This document shows positions 31,690-44,048 of a stretch of 64,000 nucleotides of DNA, piece by piece; positions within the stretch are counted from its first letter, which is position 1; the number at the start of each line of letters is the position of its first letter. Location of the stretch: assembly GCF_000007005.1 (NCBI RefSeq), contig NC_002754.1; one strand, given 5' to 3'. Position numbers and translations under genes: made by a program. Source of the stretch: Saccharolobus solfataricus P2 (lineage in GTDB: Archaea; Thermoproteota; Thermoprotei_A; Sulfolobales; Sulfolobaceae). The notes beneath the pieces are model-generated. The model had not been told where the DNA came from. It saw only the letters and a list, made by a program, of their open reading frames with translations, and did no database searches.

Positions 31690-32709
31690 TTATTCCTTCT
31701 TTAAAAGGCATAAGAAAAACCCCTCCGTGCCTTGCTTATGTGGGAAAAATCTTAAACAATTCTTCACATCGTTACTAAATCTAGTAGTATAATACTCTAT
31801 ATATCCGTTAGAGGCAGGATATCCTTCTACACTCATTGCCTTCATACCTAATTCTTCGATAGCGAAATTAACAATTAATTCGTCCTCTTCTGGTGCTACA
31901 CTACATGTGGAATAAACAATATAACCTCCCTTTTTCAAGAGTTCATATGCGATCTCAATTAGAGATAACTGCAAGTGCGCAAAATCCCTTAAGTCGTCCA
32001 TTGTGGTTTTATATCGTCTAGTAGGGTCCTTCTGTATTAATCCTTCACCACTACAAGGCGCATCTAATAATATTTTATCAAATTGAGATTTGTTTATATT
32101 TATTAAATTTAAGGCATCAGTTTTAATTAGCACCACGTTTTCAGCACCTAGCCTATTAACGTTACTGAGAAGAGCTCTTATCCTACTACGCTTCTTCTCA
32201 ACTGCTATCACCAAACCTTTATTCTGCATAATTTGAGATAATTGTGTAGTTTTTCCGCCTGGTGCTGCAGCCATATCCAAAACAAAATCATCATATGAAG
32301 GATTTAGAACGTATGCAGGTACCATAGAGGCTAGACCTTGGATATGATAATATCCCATTAGATACTCGAGTGTAGAACCTAAAGATGGCTTAGGTGGAGT
32401 TCTTTTAACTACATAGCCATGCTGCAACCACTTAACTTTTTCCAAAACAAATCCTTTCTCTAACATTATCTCTTCTAATTTTTTGCAATCAGTTTTCAGT
32501 GTATTACATCTAATGCTCTTTTTTAATGGAAAGCTACAAGAATTTAAATATTCTTCTAATTCTTCTTCAGTACTAAACATATTCAAATATCGCTCAATCA
32601 TATAATCTAAAAATCTGTACTTAGATGCTAACCTTTTAGCCTTATAGCTAGGAGAAATTTGAAACAAATTGTAATGTGCACTTAAATACTTCGCTATGCG
32701 ATTTTCCAT
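31690..32709 (-). CDS. RsmB/NOP2 family RNA m5C methyltransferase
   Basis: [22 protein letters not shown] motifs. Confidence 0.95.
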   Translation of the reverse strand: MENRIAKYLSAHYNLFQISPSYKAKRLASKYRFLDYMIERYLNMFSTEEELEEYLNSCSFPLKKSIRCNTLKTDCKKLEEIMLEKGFVLEKVKWLQHGYVVKRTPPKPSLGSTLEYLMGYYHIQGLASMVPAYVLNPSYDDFVLDMAAAPGGKTTQLSQIMQNKGLVIAVEKKRSRIRALLSNVNRLGAENVVLIKTDALNLININKSQFDKILLDAPCSGEGLIQKDPTRRYKTTMDDLRDFAHLQLSLIEIAYELLKKGGYIVYSTCSVAPEEDELIVNFAIEELGMKAMSVEGYPASNGYIEYYTTRFSNDVKNCLRFFPHKQGTEGFFLCLLKKE

Positions 32710-32718
32710 CAGAGAATA

Positions 32719-33279
32719 ATGATCGAAAAAGAGGTTAAAATAGTAGTTGAGTATCCATCATTAGAGGAGTTAAGAGAATCATTAGGAAAGGATATGAAAT
32801 TATTAGATGTAGAAAAACAAGAAGATGTCTATTTTAATTATGTTTACCGAAATTTCAAAATAACCGATGAAGCAGTTAGAATAAGGATTAACAACAAGGG
32901 AATAGAGCTTACATATAAAGGGCCTAAATTGCATTCCTCATTAAAGGCTAGAGAAGAAATATCTATAACTGTAAATGACCTTAATAAAACAATTGAACTT
33001 CTGAGGAAAATAGGGTTTTATCCCGTTATAACTATCAAAAAGACTAGAATAAATTACTTAGATAAATCATTTATTGTGTCATTAGATTTAGTCAAGGACT
33101 TAGGTCAATTTATAGAAATAGAGGCTATTAATGAAATTAGCGATCAAGAGATCCAGAACTATACTTCCAACTTTATTAGAAAATATAAGATAAAAGGAAA
33201 GTTAACGACAAAATCTTATCTGGAGCTATTAATTGATAAATATGAGGCGAGTTCCAAATCAAATAGCAATACTTACTGA
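32719..33279 (+). CDS. cyaB: CYTH-domain protein (class IV adenylate cyclase-like)
   Basis: IEKEVK ExExK motif, FIEIE. Confidence 0.88.
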   Translation: MIEKEVKIVVEYPSLEELRESLGKDMKLLDVEKQEDVYFNYVYRNFKITDEAVRIRINNKGIELTYKGPKLHSSLKAREEISITVNDLNKTIELLRKIGFYPVITIKKTRINYLDKSFIVSLDLVKDLGQFIEIEAINEISDQEIQNYTSNFIRKYKIKGKLTTKSYLELLIDKYEASSKSNSNTY

Positions 33280-34078
33280 CTTTGGGCTTAACGATAACTA
33301 TAACGGGGTAATGGAGGCAGTAATAAAGAAAATAAACCCAGAGGCCAAAATCACATACATAAGTGGAAATAGCAAACCTTTTAATCTAATTGCAGGTGCG
33401 TATTTATTATATACCTCTTATAAATATTTTCCTAGGAATACGATATTTCTTGTAGTTATAGATCCAGGAGTAGGTACTAGTAGAAGACCCTTAATAATAA
33501 AAACAAAAAACTACGTATTTATAGGACCAGATAATGGTGTATTATATCCAGCCATAACTTCTGAGGAAATAGTAAAAATAATAGAGATAAAAAACGAAAA
33601 GTTATATTTAGCTAAAACGATTTCAAATACCTTCCACGGTAGAGATATCTTCTCCGTAGCTGCTGCTTTTATCTCGATTGGAGTAGAAATTGATACATTC
33701 GGAAACCAAGTAAGATACGAAGATCTTACAAAATTAAATTTTACCTATAAACCATCAAAAAGTGAAATTTGTGGAAAGGTACTTTACATAGATCATTTCG
33801 GAAATGTAGCAACTAGCATACCCAAAGAAGTTTTGTTAAACAACTTCAAATATGACGAAAACATAGAGATAAAAGTAAATAACTCCAAACATAAGTGCAG
33901 ATTCGTGAAAACCTTCGGTTATGGAATGGAAAACGAGTTGTTGATCTACTTCAACGGTTATTTTCTGGTCGAGATAGGAATTAATAAAGGGAGTGCAAAA
34001 GATAAATTAAACGTTAGAGAAGGTGATGAGATCTGTCTAGAGGGTTATATCCAGGAAGATTTCAGCCATTCCATCTAG
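33242..34078 (+). CDS. SAM hydroxide adenosyltransferase (DUF62, fluorinase family)
   Basis: [30 protein letters not shown] motifs. Confidence 0.93.
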   Translation: MRRVPNQIAILTDFGLNDNYNGVMEAVIKKINPEAKITYISGNSKPFNLIAGAYLLYTSYKYFPRNTIFLVVIDPGVGTSRRPLIIKTKNYVFIGPDNGVLYPAITSEEIVKIIEIKNEKLYLAKTISNTFHGRDIFSVAAAFISIGVEIDTFGNQVRYEDLTKLNFTYKPSKSEICGKVLYIDHFGNVATSIPKEVLLNNFKYDENIEIKVNNSKHKCRFVKTFGYGMENELLIYFNGYFLVEIGINKGSAKDKLNVREGDEICLEGYIQEDFSHSI

Positions 34079-34551
34079 GTCATTTAAATGTAATTAAGTG
34101 GAGCTTAGAGAGAGTAGACGAGTTAATAATTTTAGTAGGTAGTTCGCAAGAAAGCCACACTGTAACCAATCCCTTTACCGCAGGAGAAAGAGTAGAAATG
34201 ATAAGAAATTCCCTTAAGGATGTTGGAATGGATTTATCTAGAATATATATAATACCAATGCCAGATATTTTAATGAATAATATTTGGGCACACTACGTGA
34301 GTACTTATACCCCTAAATTTGAAGTTGTATTCGCCAGAAATCCATTAGTAGTTAGAATATTCAAGGAAGCAGGATATAAAGTAGAGATTCCTCCAGCTTT
34401 TAATAGAGAAAAATATAACTCAACTTATATTAGACGTCTTATAATCTTGAATGACAATTGGAGTGAGCTAGTACCAAAACCAGTATATAAATATATCTTA
34501 GAAATTAAAGGGGATCAAAGATTAAGAGAGATAGTAGGTACAGATAAGTAA
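34033..34551 (+). CDS. nadM: Nicotinamide-nucleotide adenylyltransferase; probable CTG start at 34033
   Basis: In-frame [16 protein letters not shown] (HxGH motif) and NPFTAGER lie upstream of the ORF-track ATG at 34198. Confidence 0.93.
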   Translation: MSRGLYPGRFQPFHLGHLNVIKWSLERVDELIILVGSSQESHTVTNPFTAGERVEMIRNSLKDVGMDLSRIYIIPMPDILMNNIWAHYVSTYTPKFEVVFARNPLVVRIFKEAGYKVEIPPAFNREKYNSTYIRRLIILNDNWSELVPKPVYKYILEIKGDQRLREIVGTDK

Positions 34552-34556
34552 ATTTT

Positions 34557-36270
<1,714 letters not shown>

Positions 36271-36334
36271 CTCTTAACTTACTTTTACTGATACATCTTT
36301 TAAGACGGATGTTATTTAACTGGGGAGTAAAAAA

Positions 36335-36528
36335 CCCCTTTGTTTCCACTGGAGAACTTAAGGTAAATATAAATTAAGTTTACCAGAGACCTACCCCATT
36401 GTTTCGTTTGGAAAATTATTAATATGATATAAGCCTAGAATTGTCTTCTTATCAATTCCTTTTGTATAATGTTTATCTTATTTATCTCAATTAGCTAGAT
36501 TAAGTAATTTCCAGAGGAAATAGATGGG
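36335..36528. other. oriC1: Replication origin oriC1: ORB1 (36335-36354, -), ORB2 (36394-36413, -), AT-rich DUE (about 36414-36508), ORB3 (36509-36528, +)
   Basis: CTCCAGTGGAAACAAAGGGG, TTCCAAACGAAACAATGGGG and TTCCAGAGGAAATAGATGGG match the ORB consensus with G-string; ORB2/ORB3 are inverted around the AT-rich segment. Confidence 0.93.
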
Positions 36529-36724
36529 TCCCACTTCGCTTTTAAATGGTATTTTGTGGACTTGTAGAATTTTCATTAAGAGTTAAGAGGCATTATAAAC
36601 CTAAATTGGACATCTAATCAATAATTGAAAGTTAATAGTAGATCAGTAAAAATCTTCAACAGATTAACTAAGCATATAAACGGGTAAAATTTTTAACCTA
36701 TACTTGTCTTTATTTTTATTCGAG

Positions 36725-36798
<74 letters not shown>

Positions 36799-36802
36799 CT
36801 TT

Positions 36803-38134
36803 CTATAGATGATAATCAAGCTTATATAATGTTGATCTATACATCTCTAGGAACTTTCTCTCCTCATAAAAACTTGGTTTATTGTTTTCTAGTTCTAAGA
36901 ATATAGGCTTAGTAAGATGTCTGTAAGATCTAGTTTGGTACATTCCTAATGATAAGTTTCTCATTATATTTTTTGTACTCTTATTAGTTGTATTTATAAT
37001 ATATTTACACTTTTTACATCTATATCCCTTATTTTTTCCTAGAGAGTTTGTAGATCCGCCACATCTGGGACATTTGGGATTGACTAACTCTAAATCGTAT
37101 AATTTTAATATTTCAAACCTCTCCAGCTCTATGATCTTTCCATAAGCTATGGATGGTTTTACGGCTCCATAAGCTACTATTTCGTCACCCTTTTTTAATA
37201 ATTTAGCTGCACTATTTAACTCCCCAGTTTCTTTATACACAAATAATATGTCATTATCAGTAGTTTCAACTATTACATCTCCACCTTCAAGTATCCTTAC
37301 ATTTTTTACTTGTACAACTTTCTTAGTTTCCTGGTAGAAACGGTTACCGATTTTTTGGAAGTGAATATCAGTACTTTGATTGGTCTTAAAAATGGCAAAG
37401 AAATCAATATCCTCATTTGACTCTATTAGTTCCATAGCCTTAATTAGATGTTGTATGGAGGCTCCTCTAATTCCATATAGGATTGGATCAGTTCCATGTG
37501 GAGTTATAAGGGGAGTGTCATTTATGTAATCGTAATTTGCAAATGTTAACGGAAACGTTGATTCATCAACCCTCTTTACTGAATCTTTATTTATCATTCT
37601 CTTTTTGAGCCAATTTTCTTTTTTCCTGTAAGTAATTAATTCATATGTGTAATCCCCACTCATTCCTAGCCCAGCAATACTTCCAATAATACCTCTATCT
37701 CCTCTAAGTTCTATATCGTTTTTCTCAGCGAATTTTTTCGCATAGTCAATAGGAATGATATCTGATATTCCCTTAATATAGAAATCGTATAATTTGTCGA
37801 ATAAAGTGATATATTTATCATATTCCATAATTGCTATTCCAGGTTTTCTTCCATGCTCTAGTGCTAGTGAAACATCTTTAACGTATTCAATAGAATATGA
37901 AAAAATTATATCTGCTAGTTCTTTTTTTGTTCCATTAAACTCAACAATAAGTTTTATGCTCGCATTGCCTCTTGTCTTCCAAGGTATATTGGGGTTTAAT
38001 CTAACTAGGTAAGGTAAGTCTAATAAAATAGTACTATGATTTTTATATAAATAGGAGGTTAGAATTACAGAAAAATGTGTAGTGCATCCAAACTTGTAGG
38101 AATCGTGGTCGTCAATCCCTATTACATATTTCAT
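36803..38134 (-). CDS. tiaS: tRNA(Ile2) agmatidine synthetase
   Basis: IGIDDHD...GCTTH, LNPNIPWKTRGN, OB fold, CPRC...CKKC Zn ribbon. Confidence 0.95.
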   Translation of the reverse strand: MKYVIGIDDHDSYKFGCTTHFSVILTSYLYKNHSTILLDLPYLVRLNPNIPWKTRGNASIKLIVEFNGTKKELADIIFSYSIEYVKDVSLALEHGRKPGIAIMEYDKYITLFDKLYDFYIKGISDIIPIDYAKKFAEKNDIELRGDRGIIGSIAGLGMSGDYTYELITYRKKENWLKKRMINKDSVKRVDESTFPLTFANYDYINDTPLITPHGTDPILYGIRGASIQHLIKAMELIESNEDIDFFAIFKTNQSTDIHFQKIGNRFYQETKKVVQVKNVRILEGGDVIVETTDNDILFVYKETGELNSAAKLLKKGDEIVAYGAVKPSIAYGKIIELERFEILKLYDLELVNPKCPRCGGSTNSLGKNKGYRCKKCKYIINTTNKSTKNIMRNLSLGMYQTRSYRHLTKPIFLELENNKPSFYEERKFLEMYRSTLYKLDYHL

Positions 38135-38382
38135 TTCTTTATTACACTTCTTCCCTCCATTATTATCATTGTTAATGTTGATCTTACTTTTGGTATCTTT
38201 CGAATAGAATTACTGATAAAATTCTTAAGTTTGTCCATATTTTCAGTTTCAACTTTTATTACAATATCATATACTCCATAAACTACATACGCTTCTACTA
38301 CTTCATTCATGTTTTTTAGCTTTTCGAATACTTCTTCCTCTCCTCCAGCATCTGTATTTATAAGGACTATTGCACTAGCCAC
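38131..38382 (-). CDS. Stand-alone Lrp/AsnC ligand-binding (RAM) domain protein
   Basis: VYGVYDIVIKV...IRKIPKVRSTLT pattern. Confidence 0.85.
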   Translation of the reverse strand: MASAIVLINTDAGGEEEVFEKLKNMNEVVEAYVVYGVYDIVIKVETENMDKLKNFISNSIRKIPKVRSTLTMIIMEGRSVIKK

Positions 38383-38731
38383 TTTTATCCACAGAGTTTT
38401 AATTTTATATAGCTATAAGAACTTTGCGACAATTAATGTACTTTCCATGATTGATTTTGTAAAGAAGAATATATAAAGGTATCCTGAAGTTAAATGATTT
38501 CCAAAACGATGTGGATGACGAGGAGTGTACAAACATTAGCTTTTAGAGAGATTATAATTAATATATTTTATCCTAAATATTAATTTTTCTCTTTTATAAC
38601 GTTTCAAGATCTTATTGATAAGGCATAATACTTCATATATTAAGATAATATTAATGTCCAGATCCATACATACTTTTATATTTAGATTAGTATATTTCAA
38701 TACAGTCAAGTTTTCCCGTTATATATTAGTA

Positions 38732-39037
38732 GGGATCCCTAGCATAACCCGGCTTCTGTACTGAGGGGATTCGACTAAGCGTACTATAAGGAGTCAACCC
38801 TTTGCTCATCCCCCTTCAACTTGCTCCCAAGAGGTCTACCGTTTCAAGCCCTAATACTTTCATCTATCATGTACTACTAGCAATTACTTGCTAGTAGGTC
38901 CAATCATCTATCTAGTATTAGGGCTTCGTTTCTGTGTAGTAGCCAGGGATTCTATCCCTACCCCTTACGGGGTTCTTGTAAGGGTTGGAGGCCGGAGTTT
39001 CCTCAGGGTTTGCCCCGTTACCCCCGCTAGGGATCCC
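38732..39037 (-). ncRNA. rnpB: RNase P RNA
   Basis: 12-bp P1 helix GGGAUCCCUAGC/GCUAGGGAUCCC; CR-I-like GAGGAAACUCCGG and CR-V-like ACAGAAGCCGGGUUA; GC-rich island. Confidence 0.93.
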
Positions 39038-39060
39038 ATAAATAATGTTCTGTTATATCT

Positions 39061-39228
39061 TTAAAATAGTTTTGTAATCACTATAACGATAATTGTTAAT
39101 GCTAAACTTGCCCCTATTACGATTTTAGGACTTATCTTCACCTTCTCGTTTTCCTCTTCGTAATATCTAATTAACCCTGCCATTGACATTACTGGCACAG
39201 TTTCTTTTTTCTTCTTTGAGGAAGGCAT
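39061..39228 (-). CDS. secG: Protein translocase subunit SecG / Sec61beta (55 aa, absent from the ORF track)
   Basis: Manual translation MPSSKKKKETVPVMSMAGLIRYYEEENEKVKISPKIVIGASLALTIIVIVITKLF. Confidence 0.92.
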   Translation of the reverse strand: MPSSKKKKETVPVMSMAGLIRYYEEENEKVKISPKIVIGASLALTIIVIVITKLF

Positions 39229-39252
39229 TATAAATCACTCCCTTTCTTTGTA

Positions 39253-40020
39253 TTATTTATTCTTTATTCCCCTTATTATTTTTATTGCCTTATTAACGTC
39301 GCTTTCAATTATATTTCCGGTTACAATTATATCTGCTCCAGCTTCGACTAATTTTAAAGCAACTTCTACGCTTCTTATTCCACCCCCTACTATTAGCGGA
39401 ATACTGGAAGCATTTTTGATAAAAGATATCATTTCCGGCCTTATTGGTTCTGGGGCTCCAGATCCGGCCTCGAGATAAACGAAACTCATTCCTAAATATT
39501 CCGCAGCTAAAGTATAGGCAGTTGCCAACTCAAAATTATCATAAGGTATTACTCTGGCCTTACCTATATGCGCTGCAGTACCTCCGTGTCCCACTATTAC
39601 ATAAGCAGTTGGTATTACCTCCATTTGTAACATTTTAATGATCGGAGCAGCGACTATTTGCGCCCCTATTATATAATAGATATCATCAGAGTTTAATAGT
39701 GACATAAATAACAATGCGTCCGCTTTCTCAGATAATAGGTTTATATTGCTAGGGAATATAATCTTTGGTATTTCATAATCATCAAGTAAGGATATAACAA
39801 AATCTAATTTATCTTTAGAAACACCTAATGTACCTCCAATGAGAAATGCGTCAGTTCCAGCGTTGTATAAGTTCTTAGTAATATATTTAAGTTCATCACT
39901 AGAATTAATTTTAAAGGGATCTATGAGAGAAAAATGTAACTTCTCATTATCATTCAACTTGTCTATGAGATATTTCTTCACTTTCCCCTTCAATTTCATT
40001 TTCTTCTTCAGTATTCTCAT
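39253..40020 (-). CDS. Geranylgeranylglyceryl phosphate synthase (start uncertain)
   Basis: LIDPFK, YLEAGSG, IVGGGIR, IVTGN motifs. Confidence 0.93.
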   Translation of the reverse strand: MRILKKKMKLKGKVKKYLIDKLNDNEKLHFSLIDPFKINSSDELKYITKNLYNAGTDAFLIGGTLGVSKDKLDFVISLLDDYEIPKIIFPSNINLLSEKADALLFMSLLNSDDIYYIIGAQIVAAPIIKMLQMEVIPTAYVIVGHGGTAAHIGKARVIPYDNFELATAYTLAAEYLGMSFVYLEAGSGAPEPIRPEMISFIKNASSIPLIVGGGIRSVEVALKLVEAGADIIVTGNIIESDVNKAIKIIRGIKNK

Positions 40021-40273
40021 TAGTCCTCTCTTTTATTTGTAATCTTCCTTCCAGATACATGTCTATGAACTTCGAGTAAGCATTTGCTTCATCGAATACA
40101 GGAGGGACTTCAACTTCAGTATAAAGTCCACAACTCCCGCATGTAATTGTTGCGATATTATCCTTTATCTTTACACTAACTGAAACCTTTCCACATCTAG
40201 GGCACTCAAAGGTTTTTGGTAACTTTGGCTTTACCCTGATAATTTTAGTTCTCTTTCGTCTTTTTCCTCCCAT
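39950..40273 (-). CDS. elf1: Transcription elongation factor Elf1
   Basis: MGGKRRK...FECPRCG...CGSCG zinc ribbon with acidic tail. Confidence 0.88.
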   Translation of the reverse strand: MGGKRRKRTKIIRVKPKLPKTFECPRCGKVSVSVKIKDNIATITCGSCGLYTEVEVPPVFDEANAYSKFIDMYLEGRLQIKERTNENTEEENEIEGESEEISHRQVE

Positions 40274-40428
40274 ACTCGACCACTATTTATTTTTACTTTT
40301 TCTCTTTTTCGTATAAATGTCTTTTGTAGTTGAAGGCTTTATTGGAAATTCCATTAGTATTATATAAATTATTATAAATGTCAATATCAAAATCCCGGAT
40401 ATAAATACTAACTGTATATCGTTCAAAG

Positions 40429-40788
40429 TCAACTCTCCACTTTGTTCAATATTCTTCTTAGTTTTAAAGATTTTCCATAAGCGTATATCTCAGTCAGTAT
40501 TTCTTTGAAATCATCTGCATATAATTCTATCTTTGTTATTTGATCCTTCTCTAATGCATATTTTAAACCTAAAACGTGATAGCAAAAATCATACTTGCCT
40601 CTTAGAACTACATTGAATATATAGAAGGAACAACTACAGAAATTTAGGTTAAGAATGTAATCGTTATTACGTCCAATGTAAATAAATATTCTAAACAGCG
40701 CATCATTGAGAGTTAGACTTACAAATCTTCCCTCTTTAACTACTCTTCTAGCTTTCAATAGAAGCCTATTAGTTTGATTTGAAGACAC
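40429..40788 (-). CDS. SWIM zinc-finger hypothetical protein
   Basis: CSC-x-F...CYH motif. Confidence 0.7.
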   Translation of the reverse strand: MSSNQTNRLLLKARRVVKEGRFVSLTLNDALFRIFIYIGRNNDYILNLNFCSCSFYIFNVVLRGKYDFCYHVLGLKYALEKDQITKIELYADDFKEILTEIYAYGKSLKLRRILNKVES

Positions 40789-41143
40789 TTATAATTGTTT
40801 ACCACATTTATGGGTTAATAATTTATCTGGTAATAAGTTTCAGCTATTGTTAATGGTCTGTAAAAATGTTAATATCTGGTAGAATTTCTAATTTCGTTAT
40901 TATATTGTGTTTGGTTACTCGTTACAAGTAAAACTCTCGTAATATTATGTGTAAACTGCTTAAAGGATTATGTAATATCAAAGCTTGGTTAAATTACAAA
41001 ATTAAGTATTTTTGTGATTACCTTTCAATTCTAGCATTTTTATGGTAGAATTTTACTAATTGTATAGCTTATAAACACGTCTCGGCAACTGCAATATGGA
41101 GCATAAAAATAACGGAAAGAGAAGACGCGTTATAAATATGGTG

Positions 41144-41327
41144 TAGCATTTATAGGAAAATCGTTACACTTTTACGTTACGTTAAAAATATATAATAAAT
41201 CTTTCCTGGTTAGATGAAAAATGTTTATTGATAAGCTATAATATTAAGAAGTATAATGAAAGATATTTATAAATACATGGATAAATATTTTGACTTTTTA
41301 TGATAAGGGAATTTCCTAAAACTACTA
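41144..41327. mobile_element. MITE, 184 bp, SM2-like
   Basis: Imperfect terminal inverted repeats (15/19 identical) and 6-bp direct repeat ATGGTG at 41138-41143 and 41328-41333; size and DR length fit the Sulfolobus SM2 class (from memory). Confidence 0.85.
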
Positions 41328-41493
41328 ATGGTGATGTAATCATAAGGGAAAGAAAAGGGAAGTATTATGTCTATAAATTGGAAACGATAAACGGTGAGGT
41401 AAAGGAAACTTATGTTGGTCCTTTAGCTGACGTGGTTGAAACATACGAAAAATTGAAAGATAGCAGTGGGGGTGTGAGGGTATCCCCCACAAC

Positions 41494-41570
<77 letters not shown>

Positions 41571-41595
41571 TAATACTAGGTTATTGTTTTCTCTT

Positions 41596-42060
41596 TTAAA
41601 CTTTACCTTCTACTAGTTGTAAATACTTACATAAAAAGAAGGATGCTAGACTCACGGCTCCAAGATCTTGAGTATCTTCTAATATTCTTACATATTCGCC
41701 TAGAGATTGCTCAATTTTGTTAAAACCACCTCCTTCTAGCCCAGAAAATACTATCAAGATCTTATCATGTTTTATCATATCATTAAAGTCAATTTGTTTT
41801 TCAGCATTCTGTGAGACTAGGAGTGTAATTTCTGGTTTTAATAACTCTATAGCATCCTTTAGTTCTGGTAGAACCAAAATAGGCTTATTGTATTTAAATG
41901 CTAGTTTGTTTACTTCAGGGACTCCAGATTGGGCTGCTGTTCCGCCTACCTTTGTAAGAACGAGATACTTTACGTATTTTACATTAAAGGCTAATTTGGA
42001 AAAGTCTAAGAGTCTTTGATTACTAGTGAGATTATGTAGGCCGAAATATAGTTCTTTCAT
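41596..42060 (-). CDS. SPOUT/SpoU-like protein (COG4080-type, often mislabelled RecB-family nuclease)
   Basis: [12 protein letters not shown] and [14 protein letters not shown]-like knot region. Confidence 0.6.
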   Translation of the reverse strand: MKELYFGLHNLTSNQRLLDFSKLAFNVKYVKYLVLTKVGGTAAQSGVPEVNKLAFKYNKPILVLPELKDAIELLKPEITLLVSQNAEKQIDFNDMIKHDKILIVFSGLEGGGFNKIEQSLGEYVRILEDTQDLGAVSLASFFLCKYLQLVEGKV

Positions 42061-43009
42061 TTAAGATACCCAAAATCTCTTTAGCTATAGCAGTAGATAA
42101 GGCTACTGGAACAGATTCACCTACTTGATTATATTGCTCATCTTTACTTCCTAAAAATACATGATCGTCAGGATAACTCATTAGTCTAGCTTGTTCTCTT
42201 ACAGTTAAGAATCTATCATGGAATGGGTGTATAAATCTGGAATTGCCCAAAATCGTAGGTGCTAGATCAAATGGAGAAAGTCTGATATATAATGGTATAC
42301 TTCTTCCTTTACTCGCCCTATACATTGTTAAATACTTACCATATCCAATTTTAGAAATTTTCAGAAGTTTTTTCTCATTAGGCTCACTTACTTCGTTATT
42401 AGGAACATCCAGCTTGTTATCTAAATCATGAATCGCGTCGTAAACTGTGATTCTTTTTTGATTTTTAATAGGTGATATTCTAACGTTTGAGATGAACACT
42501 CTACTTCGTTTAGATGGATTACCATAATCTTCAGCATGTAGTATATTGAAGAATATATTGCCATATCCAGCTTTCTTAAATTCATTGATCAGAGCATCTC
42601 TTAATGATTGAGTTTCTATAATTGCTGGAACATTTTCCATAACAAAAATTTTCGGTTTCACTTCGTCCACAATCCTTATGAATTCCAGTGTTAAATTCCC
42701 TCTTTGATCTAAATATAGTCTGTCTAAAGGATCTTGCATACGTAAGGGGTTAGCTGCAGTATATCCCTCACATGGAGGGCCTCCAATTACTACGTCTATA
42801 TCATTCCCCACGTTTTTTAAGATTTCTCCTCCACTTATTTCTCTTATATCATCTTCTATTACTATTGTATTTGGAAAATTTAATGAATATGTTCTAGTTG
42901 CTGCATGATTTATGTCTATTGCTAATTTAGGTTCTATTCCTAGTTTTTTAAAACCTAATGAAAATCCTCCAGCTCCAGAAAATAGATCAATGATTTTTAT
43001 TAGCTCCAA
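42032..43009 (-). CDS. C5 cytosine methyltransferase (Dcm/COG0270)
   Basis: DLFSGAGG (motif I), GGPPC (IV), ENV (VI), RSRVF (VIII), LTVREQARL and VGESVP (IX/X). Confidence 0.93.
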   Translation of the reverse strand: MELIKIIDLFSGAGGFSLGFKKLGIEPKLAIDINHAATRTYSLNFPNTIVIEDDIREISGGEILKNVGNDIDVVIGGPPCEGYTAANPLRMQDPLDRLYLDQRGNLTLEFIRIVDEVKPKIFVMENVPAIIETQSLRDALINEFKKAGYGNIFFNILHAEDYGNPSKRSRVFISNVRISPIKNQKRITVYDAIHDLDNKLDVPNNEVSEPNEKKLLKISKIGYGKYLTMYRASKGRSIPLYIRLSPFDLAPTILGNSRFIHPFHDRFLTVREQARLMSYPDDHVFLGSKDEQYNQVGESVPVALSTAIAKEILGILNERTIFRPT

Positions 43010-43523
43010 GTTTTGTCTCCTTGTCTATTTCCTCCTCTATTTGTCTTATTTTTTGCTCTAAGAAGGACTTAATTTTATCCGTATCATAATAGGTTAGTTG
43101 CGATCCACATTTCAAGCATTTAAATTCATTTTCAAACGCTTCTTCAAATGAATATCTACTATTATCTTGAGGGCATATAAAGAACGTATTATTTTTCTCA
43201 TATTCCAATCTTGTCTTTAATTTATCTAATATTAATCTTTTCCTATTTAACAGTATTTCATTAATCTGGTCTATGTTAGGTTTCCAGTAGTAAATGAACC
43301 AACCACTATCTTTATCTCTTGTTTTCCTATAACTTACAAAACCTTGCTCCTCTAGTAAATTTAATTTCTTCCTTACATCATTAACTTTTATATTCAACTG
43401 ATTCGCTATTTCTTCATCAGTCATTTCGGTTCCTTTATCTAATAATATTCTTAGAACATCAATTACATCATCCCCTAACAAACTTTTGGCTAGATTGATA
43501 AACAGATCCTCTGCGTTAACCAC
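42987..43523 (-). CDS. tfe: Transcription factor E alpha
   Basis: wHTH, GWFIYYW motif, CPQD...CLKC zinc ribbon. Confidence 0.96.
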   Translation of the reverse strand: MVNAEDLFINLAKSLLGDDVIDVLRILLDKGTEMTDEEIANQLNIKVNDVRKKLNLLEEQGFVSYRKTRDKDSGWFIYYWKPNIDQINEILLNRKRLILDKLKTRLEYEKNNTFFICPQDNSRYSFEEAFENEFKCLKCGSQLTYYDTDKIKSFLEQKIRQIEEEIDKETKLGANKNH

Positions 43524-44043
43524 TTCTTATCACCTTCTTACCGGCTTTCTGAGGTAATATCTTTATTTTTGCATCTTCAAATTCCATATATAGCTCTCGT
43601 CCTTTATAAATTCTGTCTAAAAAGATTGCCAGTGCAGCCACTTCAGAATGTGGTTGATTCCCTATTGCTATGTTATAATCTGCATTGTGGTAATACCAAC
43701 CTTCAACTTTTTCTGCTCCTACAATTATTAGTAGTGGATATTTTATTTTTTCAAATCTATCTTGGAAATCGTTAATATTAATACCATACATAGTCAAATG
43801 TATTATTGTACCTCCTTTTTCTTTCCATTCATTTACTATACTCTTTCCATTTTCAATTTCCTTTACTAAAAAATATGATGAACCACCCCAACTATCTATA
43901 ACTTTTAAGATGGATTTCACCATTTTTTCATCTTTGCCTTCTATATAAACACCCTTAGCTCCAAAAGCTCTTGCTACTAAGATTACGTGTGTAGTCACTC
44001 TTTTATCTCTAGCTGGTCTATGTCCTAATCTTAAAACGTATAT
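43516..44043 (-). CDS. trm56: tRNA (cytidine-56-2'-O)-methyltransferase; start uncertain (ATA 44043 or TTA 44052)
   Basis: [18 protein letters not shown] and [16 protein letters not shown] motifs; the first lies upstream of the GTG at 43998. Confidence 0.9.
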   Translation of the reverse strand: MYVLRLGHRPARDKRVTTHVILVARAFGAKGVYIEGKDEKMVKSILKVIDSWGGSSYFLVKEIENGKSIVNEWKEKGGTIIHLTMYGININDFQDRFEKIKYPLLIIVGAEKVEGWYYHNADYNIAIGNQPHSEVAALAIFLDRIYKGRELYMEFEDAKIKILPQKAGKKVIRSG

Positions 44044-44048
44044 ATCTT

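Noticed and set aside
38400-38720. 320-bp spacer between the Lrp-like gene and rnpB, sharing TTATTGATAAG with the MITE
   Set aside because: An 11-nt match is expected by chance in AT-rich DNA; no element ends or RNA motifs recognised
38731-39037. GC-rich island flanked by GGGATCCC repeats, first considered a mobile element
   Set aside because: The repeats are the P1 helix of RNase P RNA; conserved regions are present
40877-41059. Direct repeat TGGTAGAATTT about 166 bp apart, suggesting a second MITE
   Set aside because: No terminal inverted repeats inside the repeats; cannot support an element call
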